A stretch of DNA of 32,000 nt from Nocardia nova NBRC 15556 (lineage in GTDB: Bacteria > Actinomycetota > Actinomycetes > Mycobacteriales > Mycobacteriaceae): positions 44,237 to 76,236 of the forward strand of contig NZ_BDBN01000040.1 of NCBI RefSeq assembly GCF_001613005.1, in the 5' to 3' direction. Position 1 is the stretch's first letter, and every line of letters begins with the position of its first letter. Both the position numbers and the translations under genes were made by a program. Shown one piece after another: positions 6,656 through 13,519 of this stretch. The notes under the pieces are model-generated. The model was not told where the DNA came from, ran no database searches, and worked only from the letters and a program-made list of their open reading frames with translations.

Positions 6656-8044
6656 ATGAACCACATCTACGCCGAAGAGCCACCCTCGCACCGCCGATCC
6701 GGAGACGCAGCGAACGACGGCGGCCGCTCGCTGCGCGCCCGATCACGCTGGGCGCGAACAGCATTCGTCTTCGCCGGTGCGGCCGTCGTGGTGCCGGTCG
6801 TATTCGCCGACGTGCTGGGTACCCTCGCGCTGCTGATCGTCGGTGCGGGCGGGGTGGTGGTGACGGTGGCCGCGCTGTACTGGTTCGTGAGCGACCGTGG
6901 GGCCATTCGGTGGGTGTCGGCGATCGTGGCGGTGGCGGCGCCGATCGTGGTTCTCGTCATGTTCGTGCGCACCGGCCTGCTGTGGGTCGTGCTGGTGGCG
7001 GGCGCGCTGGCCTTCGCGTCCATGTTCTGTGCTCGCGCCGCGCTACGGCCGGGTGAGGCCCACACGACGGCGATCGAATACTCCGCGCCGCCACCGCGAC
7101 GACCGTTCCTGATCATGAATCCCCGCTCCGGGGGAGGGAAAGTCGCGAAGTTCGATCTGCGGCGCCGAGCCGAAGAGCTGGGCGCAGAGGTTGTGCTGAT
7201 GGAGGGTCGCGTCGATGTCGCCGCCCTGGCTCAGGAGGCCGTCGAACGAGGTGCGGACCTGCTGGGCGTCGCGGGCGGCGACGGGACCCAAGCGCTCGTA
7301 GCCGGGGTCGCCGCCGCGCACGACCTGCCGTTCCTCGTGCTCAGCGCGGGCACGCGCAATCATTTCGCGCTGGACCTCGGGCTCGACCGCACCGATCCGG
7401 CGACCGGGCTCGACGCGTTGCGCGACGGCGTGGAGATGCGCGTCGACCTCGGCCGGATCAACGGCCGGCCGTTCGTCAACAACGCCTCGTTCGGCGTCTA
7501 CGCCGAGATCGTGCGCAGCCCCGCCTATCGCGACGACAAGACCGCGACCGTCCTGCGCCTGCTCCCCGATCTGCTCGCCGGCCACAGCGGGACCAAGCTG
7601 GTGGCGCGTATCGGCGCCACCACGGTCACCGGCCCGCAGGCGGTGCTGGTGAGCAACAATCCCTACGGCACCAGCGATCTCGCCGGGCTGAGCCGCCGCG
7701 ACCGCCTCGACCGCGGCGTGCTCGGGGCGGTCACGGTCTCGGTCTCCGATACCCGCGCGGCATTGGGTCTGATCCGTCGCACACACAGCCACGGACTGAC
7801 CCAGCAGACCGCATCCGAAGTCGTCGTCGAGGCCGAGAGCTCACCGATCCCCGCCGGCGTCGACGGGGAATCGCTGCTCCTCGACACACCGGTGCGATGC
7901 GTCGTGGAACCCGGCGCGCTGCGCGTGCGCGTACCGCGCAACCGCCCCGGAACCCGCCCTGCCGCAGCCGCTCTGGACTGGCTGCGCCTGCGCGATCTGG
8001 CGCTCGGTCGCGCGAGCGCCGAATCCGCTACGGGAACAGCTTGA
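6656..8044 (+). CDS. Diacylglycerol-kinase-family lipid kinase (DAGK_cat / YegS-LCB5 type) with an N-terminal membrane domain
   Basis: The catalytic domain reads FLIMNPRSGGGK...LLGVAGGDGTQALVAGVAAAHDLPFLVLSAGTRNHFALDLG. It is preceded by about four hydrophobic helices (residues about 35-130). The 3' end overlaps rip1 by 17 nt, convergently. Confidence 0.8.
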   Translation: MNHIYAEEPPSHRRSGDAANDGGRSLRARSRWARTAFVFAGAAVVVPVVFADVLGTLALLIVGAGGVVVTVAALYWFVSDRGAIRWVSAIVAVAAPIVVLVMFVRTGLLWVVLVAGALAFASMFCARAALRPGEAHTTAIEYSAPPPRRPFLIMNPRSGGGKVAKFDLRRRAEELGAEVVLMEGRVDVAALAQEAVERGADLLGVAGGDGTQALVAGVAAAHDLPFLVLSAGTRNHFALDLGLDRTDPATGLDALRDGVEMRVDLGRINGRPFVNNASFGVYAEIVRSPAYRDDKTATVLRLLPDLLAGHSGTKLVARIGATTVTGPQAVLVSNNPYGTSDLAGLSRRDRLDRGVLGAVTVSVSDTRAALGLIRRTHSHGLTQQTASEVVVEAESSPIPAGVDGESLLLDTPVRCVVEPGALRVRVPRNRPGTRPAAAALDWLRLRDLALGRASAESATGTA

Positions 8045-9251
8045 TCGGGTTCACGATGTCGGCGACCAGGGTGAGGATCATGTACGCCCCGCCGATCACC
8101 ACCACCACGTAGGTGGCGGGCAGTAGTTTCATGTAGTCGACCGGAGCGCCGTTGGGCAAGCCCTTGCGGTTGCGCCACATGTTGCGCAGCTTCTCGAACA
8201 TCACCACCGCGATGTGGCCGCCGTCCAGCGGGAGCAGGGGCAGCAGGTTGAACGCGCCGAGGAAAAAGTTCAGGCTGGCCAGCACCAGCACGAACATGTT
8301 CCAGTATCCGTGTTCGGCCGTCTCACCGCCGATCTTGCTGGCGCCGTAGACGCTCACCGGTGTGTCGGCGTCGCGCTGGCCGCCGGTCACGGCGTGCCAC
8401 AGGCTGACGACCTTGCCCGGCATCTGCGCGAGCGAAGCGAACGTGCGGCCGAACATATCGCCGGTGAAGGCCGCTGACGCCGGAACCGCCGCGATCACGT
8501 TGTATTTGACCGGGCTGTACACATCCTGTGCCACACCGACTTTGCTCACGTACACCGGCGTGGTGACGCGCTCGGAACTGTCGGTGGACTTCAGCGGATA
8601 GGTCGCCACCCGCTCCGGGGTCACCGGAATCTGCAGGGTCTGATCGTCACGTTTCACCGTGTAGACGACCGGGCCGTTGGCCTTCTCGGTGATCGAGCGG
8701 AAGTCGTTCCAGGTCTTGACGGGCTTGCCGTCGATCGCGGTCACCAGATCGCCGCGCTTCAGCCCGGCGCGTTCGGCCGGGCCGGGGCCGGTGCACTTCT
8801 GCATCGACCCGTCGGGGTTCTGCGCGGGCACGCAGCCGGCCGGGTAGATCTGGGTGGCCGGCGGCGAATCCAGCCGGGGCAGCCCCCAGGCCACCGCGAG
8901 CAGCATGATCAGCAGGAAGCCCAGGATGAAGTTCATCGCGATGCCGCCGAACATCACCACCAGCCGCTTCCAGGTGGCCTGCCGGTACATCGCGCGATGC
9001 AGGTCCTCGGGTGGAACCTCGTCCAGCGCGGTCATCCCCGCGATATCGCAGAAACCGCCCAGCGGCAGCGCCTTGAGGCCGTATTCGGTCTCACCGCGGC
9101 GGAACGAGAACACCTTCGGCCCGAAGCCGACGAAGTAGCGGCGCACCTGCATGCCGGTGGCCTGCGCCGCCCACATGTGGCCACATTCGTGTAGCGCCAC
9201 CGATACCGTGATGCCGAGGGCGAACAGCACGAATCCGATCGCGAAGCCCAT
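8028..9251 (-). CDS. rip1: Site-2 (M50) zinc metalloprotease, RseP/Rip1 family, with PDZ domain
   Basis: Contains the HECGH (HExxH) motif near the N-terminus and C-terminal NLLPLLPLDGGH. AGGAGGG SD lies upstream of the ATG. It sits immediately downstream of dxr, as in M. tuberculosis (Rv2870c-Rv2869c). Confidence 0.9.
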   Translation of the reverse strand: MGFAIGFVLFALGITVSVALHECGHMWAAQATGMQVRRYFVGFGPKVFSFRRGETEYGLKALPLGGFCDIAGMTALDEVPPEDLHRAMYRQATWKRLVVMFGGIAMNFILGFLLIMLLAVAWGLPRLDSPPATQIYPAGCVPAQNPDGSMQKCTGPGPAERAGLKRGDLVTAIDGKPVKTWNDFRSITEKANGPVVYTVKRDDQTLQIPVTPERVATYPLKSTDSSERVTTPVYVSKVGVAQDVYSPVKYNVIAAVPASAAFTGDMFGRTFASLAQMPGKVVSLWHAVTGGQRDADTPVSVYGASKIGGETAEHGYWNMFVLVLASLNFFLGAFNLLPLLPLDGGHIAVVMFEKLRNMWRNRKGLPNGAPVDYMKLLPATYVVVVIGGAYMILTLVADIVNPIKLFP

Positions 9252-9272
9252 GCGGTATGGAACCCTCCTGAA

Positions 9273-10427
9273 TCAGTTGCTCACGAGCGTGCGCGCACGC
9301 TGTCGCGCCCACGCATCCGCCGCGAGCACCTCGTCCAAGGTACTGGGTTCCGCGGCCCAGCGGTCGGCCGACTCGACGACCCGCGCGACCGTGCGCACGA
9401 TATCCGGGAATCGCAGCGCACCGTCGAGGAATGCCTGCACCGCGATCTCGTTGGCGGCGTTGTACACCGCGGTGACGCTGCCACCGGCCTTACCCGCCGC
9501 GCGAGCCAGCTCGACCGCCGGGAAGACCTCGTTGTCGACCGGTTCGAATTCCCAGGTGAACGCGGTGCCGAAGTCGATCGGGGCGAGGGTGCCCGGCACC
9601 CGGTCGGGCCAGCCCAGGGCCAGTGCGATCGGCAGCTTCATATCGGGCGGGCTGGCCTGGGCGAGGGTGGAACCGTCGGTGAAGGTCGCCATCGAATGCA
9701 CGATCGACTGCGGATGCACCGTGACATCGATCTTGTCGTAGTCGATCCCGAACAGCATGTGCGCCTCGATCAGTTCGAGGCCCTTGTTCACCAGCGTGGC
9801 CGAATTGAGGGTGTTCATCAAACCCATCGACCAGGTGGGATGAGCCTTGGCCGCGTCGGGGTCCACCGATTCCAGCATCTCGGCGGTCCAGCCCCGGAAC
9901 GGGCCGCCGGAGGCGGTGAGCACCAGCCGCGCGACCTCGTCGGCGCGCCCGCCGCGCAGGCACTGCGCCATCGCCGAGTGTTCGGAGTCGACCGGGACGA
10001 TCTGCCCGGGAGTGGCGGCCCGGGTCACCAGACTGCCGCCCGCCACGAGTGATTCCTTGTTGGCCAGGGCCAGGCGCCGCCCCGATTCCAGAGTCGCGAG
10101 CGTCGGGCGCAGCCCGAGCGCGCCGACCAGGGCGTTGAGCACCACGTCGGCGTCGGTGCGGCGCACGAGTTCGGTCACCGCGTCCGGACCGGTTAGGCCC
10201 ACACCGAGTTTCGCGGCGGCGGCCGGATCGGCGACGGCCACGTTGTCGGTACCGGTGGCGCGGATCTGCTCGGCCAGCAGGTCGGTATTGCCGCCGCGCG
10301 CGGCCAGTCCGACCACCTGGAATCGGTCCGGATTGGCGGCGACGACCTCCAATGCCTGGGTGCCGATGGAGCCGGTGCTGCCCAGCAGCAGAACTTTCAC
10401 GATGTCGGACACGCACTCATTGTCCAC
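9273..10427 (-). CDS. dxr: 1-deoxy-D-xylulose 5-phosphate reductoisomerase
   Basis: Contains the [22 protein letters not shown]-binding motif, ...PVDSEHSA..., ...[10 protein letters not shown].... Start is ATG 10427 or GTG 10412. Confidence 0.95.
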   Translation of the reverse strand: MDNECVSDIVKVLLLGSTGSIGTQALEVVAANPDRFQVVGLAARGGNTDLLAEQIRATGTDNVAVADPAAAAKLGVGLTGPDAVTELVRRTDADVVLNALVGALGLRPTLATLESGRRLALANKESLVAGGSLVTRAATPGQIVPVDSEHSAMAQCLRGGRADEVARLVLTASGGPFRGWTAEMLESVDPDAAKAHPTWSMGLMNTLNSATLVNKGLELIEAHMLFGIDYDKIDVTVHPQSIVHSMATFTDGSTLAQASPPDMKLPIALALGWPDRVPGTLAPIDFGTAFTWEFEPVDNEVFPAVELARAAGKAGGSVTAVYNAANEIAVQAFLDGALRFPDIVRTVARVVESADRWAAEPSTLDEVLAADAWARQRARTLVSN

Positions 10428-10559
10428 GGTGAATCGCCGCGCACGTCACCCCGCTGGCTACGACGCCCGGTCGTATGCAAACATATTCTCGACAGTCACC
10501 TTCACGACCTGCGGACCTCACGGTGCACTCCGCGCACCCGAACCGCAGCGAACACGGAA

Positions 10560-10859
10560 ATGATGGGAGCGAACGTGGCCGCCACGGAACTGGAACCCGC
10601 CAAGAGCGCCGGCGTCGTCACCAAGGTCGATCCCGCCGAGGTTCCCTCCGCCGCCTGGGGCTGGAGTGGTGAATCGCGGCGCACCTTCCGTATCGCCGGA
10701 TGGGTCGTCTTCCTGATCCTGCTGGCCATGCTGTTCGAGAACCAGCAGGGCCACACCTCGGGCACCGGCTACACCGGATACATCTTCCTGATCGGTTTCG
10801 CCGTCGCGCTGGCGGGCATCTTGATCCGCGATTCGATCATCCGGCGCAAGCCGCGCTGA
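10560..10859 (+). CDS. DUF2631-family small membrane protein (Rv2876-like)
   Basis: EVPSAAWGWSGESRRTFRIAGW is followed by two hydrophobic helices and a basic C-terminus. This matches my recollection of the Rv2876/DUF2631 family. It is divergent from dxr. Confidence 0.75.
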   Translation: MMGANVAATELEPAKSAGVVTKVDPAEVPSAAWGWSGESRRTFRIAGWVVFLILLAMLFENQQGHTSGTGYTGYIFLIGFAVALAGILIRDSIIRRKPR

Positions 10860-10887
10860 ATCACCGTCGCGTAGCGCATCATTCGAC

Positions 10888-10917
10888 CGGCCGCTGAGGT
10901 GCTGACCTCAGCGGCCG
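10888..10917. terminator. Perfect 13-bp stem / 4-nt loop hairpin between convergent genes; probable bidirectional terminator
   Basis: CGGCCGCTGAGGT-GCTG-ACCTCAGCGGCCG. The right arm overlaps the last three codons and the stop of the minus-strand gene ending at 10908. The T-tract is weak, as in the I-shaped terminators common in actinobacteria. Confidence 0.6.
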
Positions 10918-11642
10918 CGTCGTTTCCGCGGGCCGCCGGCCTTGCCCGCCCGTCCCGGCTTCGCCGCGCCGCCCCGGCGTGCGGCCGGTTTCGCACCGCC
11001 GTCGCCCCGGCCCCTACCGCGCTGCGCCGCAACACCTTCGGCGCGCGCACCGGAATCCTGCCGGCCGCGCCGATCGCGTTCACCGGCGGTCCGGGAACTG
11101 CGTGCCGTGCGCCCGCGCACGACGCCGATGAATTCCTCGGCGAGTTCGACCGCGTCCTCGATCGGCCACGACAGCGCGACCTGGGTCGGATCGACATCGG
11201 TGAGCGGACGATAGATCAGGTCGCGGCGGTGATGCAGCCGTGCCAGCGACTGCGGCACCACCGCCGCCCCGCCGACCGCGGCCACCAATTCGACGGTGTC
11301 GCCCACCGCGTCGAGATCGGTCGCGTCCTGCATCCGCTCGCCCTCCAGATCGGCCAGGCTCACCTCGTCGAACAGCCCGATCGGATGATCCTTCTGCACC
11401 ACCGCCACGGCGACCTCGTGGTAGAGCGGAATCGCGTGCAGCCCGGCCCGATCGATCGGTAACCGGACGAAGCACATGTCGACCCGTCCCTGCGCCAGTA
11501 CGTCGCGCTGCTGTGCCTGCGGCACGGCGATCAAATCGAGCGGGACATCAGGGAACCGTTCGGCCCACACCCGCGCCCACTTGGCGACGGTGACGCCCGG
11601 GACGTAGCCGATGCGCAGCGCGGCGGGAGCAGACTCGGTCAT
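10908..11642 (-). CDS. LysR-type substrate-binding-domain protein lacking the N-terminal HTH, with an Arg/Gly/Lys-rich C-terminal tail
   Basis: Start ATG at 11642 (MTESAPAALRIGYVPGVTVAKW...), trimmed from ORF 10908-11867. LRIGYVPG...DMCFVRLP...AVVQKDHP... is the periplasmic-binding-fold effector domain of LysR regulators. No winged-HTH segment precedes it. The last 69 aa contain 19 Arg and 4 Lys. Confidence 0.7.
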   Translation of the reverse strand: MTESAPAALRIGYVPGVTVAKWARVWAERFPDVPLDLIAVPQAQQRDVLAQGRVDMCFVRLPIDRAGLHAIPLYHEVAVAVVQKDHPIGLFDEVSLADLEGERMQDATDLDAVGDTVELVAAVGGAAVVPQSLARLHHRRDLIYRPLTDVDPTQVALSWPIEDAVELAEEFIGVVRGRTARSSRTAGERDRRGRQDSGARAEGVAAQRGRGRGDGGAKPAARRGGAAKPGRAGKAGGPRKRRGR

Positions 11643-11836
11643 GCGGCCAGCGTATGGCACCGGGCGGGCCGGTTCGGCATCCACCGCGAACCCCGGCGAC
11701 CCGATACGCGATCCAGGTGACGCGGAGTTCGACGGCAGTGGTCGAAACCGTGCCCACCGGGCGAACACGGTAGAAATGATCGCAGTACGTTTCCCATCCT
11801 CCCCCGGCGTCCCGGGCAGACCAGATCGGATATGCG

Positions 11837-12484
11837 TTGACGACCCCCTCCCCGGCCCCGATGGCATCCGGCGGCCCCGGATTCGATCGGCCGCTGTTCA
11901 CCACCATCACCGATTTCGCCGACCACACCCGGTGGCTCAACGACGCGATGCTCTGGTGGACCGACGCCGGTTTGGCGGTGTTCGCGGTGCTGATGGTGAT
12001 CGGCTGGTGGCAGGCCCGGCGCCGCGACGACCGGTCCATGGCGCTGGCGCTGCTGGCTCCGGTCAGTGTGGTGGTCGCCTATCTGGTCGCCGAGGTGGTG
12101 AAGGTGATCGTCGCCGAACCACGCCCGTGCCGGGGCGTGCCGACCGCCTACATCATCGAAACCTGTCCGGTGCCGAGCGACTACTCGTTTCCCAGCGGTC
12201 ACACCACCACCGCCGCGGCGACCGTCGCGGCGCTGTATCTGCTGAATCGGCGGCTGGGCTGGATCACGGCCGTCTTCGCGGTCGTACTGGCCTTCAGCCG
12301 GGTCTATGTCGGCGGTCATTACCCGCACGACGTCGTGGCGTCGGCGATCCTGGCTATTCCGGTCGCCGCTGCCGTCAGTCTGCTGCTGGCCCGCCCCGCC
12401 ACGGCGGTGGTGACGCGCATGCGGTCCTCCGCACTGGCGCCGCTGGTCGCCGACGCCTCGACGGCGCCGGCATCCCGGATGTGA
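11837..12484 (+). CDS. PAP2-superfamily phosphatase (membrane phosphatidic-acid / polyprenyl-diphosphate phosphatase type)
   Basis: All three PAP2 motifs are present: KVIVAEPRP (Kx6RP), PSGH, SRVYVGGHYPHD (SRx5Hx3D). Start is uncertain: TTG 11837 or ATG 11861. Confidence 0.8.
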   Translation: MTTPSPAPMASGGPGFDRPLFTTITDFADHTRWLNDAMLWWTDAGLAVFAVLMVIGWWQARRRDDRSMALALLAPVSVVVAYLVAEVVKVIVAEPRPCRGVPTAYIIETCPVPSDYSFPSGHTTTAAATVAALYLLNRRLGWITAVFAVVLAFSRVYVGGHYPHDVVASAILAIPVAAAVSLLLARPATAVVTRMRSSALAPLVADASTAPASRM

Positions 12485-12508
12485 GCCTCACGCTATTCTG
12501 TCCGACGT

Positions 12509-12613
12509 GGCGGTGGGGCTCGCCACTTCGGCGCCGCGGCCGGAGCAACCGTGATCGGACGATCGCCAACAGTCCCTACTCGAGGTACCACCATGTTCGT
12601 GTTCGAGTAGGAG
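12509..12613 (+). promoter_or_regulatory. Probable fluoride riboswitch (crcB motif) aptamer (12509-12579) plus SD-sequestering expression platform
   Basis: P1 is GGCG(12509-12)/CGCC(12521-24), with loop GUGGGGCU (compare AUGGnnUU in known examples). AACC lies at 12547-50 and the P3 hairpin at 12551-66. AGUCCC (12571-76) can form a 6-bp pseudoknot with the loop GGGGCU, followed by the conserved-looking CCUAC. CCUACUCGA (12575-83) is exactly complementary to UCGAGUAGG (12603-11), which overlaps the AGGAG SD located 7 nt before TTG 12621 of crcB. Deviations: an extra hairpin at 12526-45, and linker CAAC where UGAUG/UAAUG is usual. Confidence 0.5.
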
Positions 12614-12620
12614 TCCGTCG

Positions 12621-13139
12621 TTGACCGAGCTACGCCGTGAGGAGCCCCGGCCCGGCGAATCCGCCGACCGGCCCGTCGATCCCGATATCGATCTGCACGT
12701 CCCGTCGCAACGCCGCGAACTGCTGCGCGAACACGGCGCGGTGCTGGCGGTGATCGGGCTGGGTGGCGGATTGGGCGGTCTGGCCCGCTACGGCCTCACC
12801 CAGCTCCTGCCGACACGCCCCGGGCAGTTCCCGTGGGGCACATTCACCGAGAATGTGCTCGGCTGCCTCGCGATCGGCGTGCTGATGGTGCTGATCACCG
12901 AGGTCTGGTCCGCGCATCGACTGGTGCGGCCGTTCCTCGGGGTCGGATTTCTGGGCGGGTTCACCACCTTCTCCACCTACGCCGTCGAAATCCGTAATCT
13001 GCTGCAACCCGGTTCGGCCGTGACGGCGTTCGTCTATCTGGCCGCTACCCTGCTGAGCGCGCTGCTCGCGGTCCTCGCCGGGGTGACGCTGGCGCGAATG
13101 ACGCTGCTCCGCAAGGTGATTCGAGGAGAGGCACGATGA
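12621..13139 (+). CDS. crcB: Fluoride ion channel CrcB/FluC, subunit 1 (with about 40-aa N-terminal extension)
   Basis: The CrcB core reads LAVIGLGGGLGGLARYGL...GTFTENVLGCLAIG...GFLGGFTTFSTY. TTG 12621 is preceded by AGGAG. Alternative start: GTG 12741. Confidence 0.85.
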   Translation: MTELRREEPRPGESADRPVDPDIDLHVPSQRRELLREHGAVLAVIGLGGGLGGLARYGLTQLLPTRPGQFPWGTFTENVLGCLAIGVLMVLITEVWSAHRLVRPFLGVGFLGGFTTFSTYAVEIRNLLQPGSAVTAFVYLAATLLSALLAVLAGVTLARMTLLRKVIRGEAR

Positions 13140-13498
13140 CCGTCGTCCTGGTCTTCGCCGGTGCGGTGCTCGGCGCCCCGGCCCGCTACCTCACCGATCG
13201 GTTCGTGCAGGCACGCCACGACAGTCTGTTTCCCTGGGGCACGCTGACGGTCAACATCGTCGGCTGCCTGATTCTGGGCGCGCTCACCGGCGGTGCGGCC
13301 GGCAGTCCGGTGCTGGCGTTCGCGGGCACCGGATTCTGCGGGGCGCTCACCACCTACAGCACCTTCGGTTACGAGACCGTCCGGCTGCTCGAGCAGCGCT
13401 CGGTGTTCTACGCCGCGATGAACGTGGTGATCAGCGTGATCGCCGGACTCGGCGCCGCGCTGCTCGGCTATGCCGTGACGCACGCGCTGGTCGGCTGA
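13136..13498 (+). CDS. crcB: Fluoride ion channel CrcB/FluC, subunit 2
   Basis: Reads VFAGAVLGAPARY...WGTLTVNIVGCLILG...GFCGALTTYSTF. There is an ATGA start/stop overlap with the upstream crcB (13136-13139), the typical heterodimeric pair arrangement. Confidence 0.9.
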   Translation: MTVVLVFAGAVLGAPARYLTDRFVQARHDSLFPWGTLTVNIVGCLILGALTGGAAGSPVLAFAGTGFCGALTTYSTFGYETVRLLEQRSVFYAAMNVVISVIAGLGAALLGYAVTHALVG

Positions 13499-13519
13499 GA
13501 TCTCGCGGATATCGCGGAC

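Noticed and set aside
814-6691. Long minus-strand ORFs antisense to ppk2, the ATPase and sulP (814-1968, 2993-4354, 4592-5470, 5510-6691), and plus-strand off-frame ORFs (2929-4068, 5539-7056).
   Set aside because: Same reasoning. They have low-complexity Arg/Gly-rich translations, overlap strongly supported genes, and have no independent start or SD signals.
13499-13519. Possible terminator in the 21-nt gap between the converging crcB and PucR genes (TCGCGGA-TA-TCGCGGA).
   Set aside because: The two 7-mers are direct repeats, not inverted, so no stable hairpin forms.
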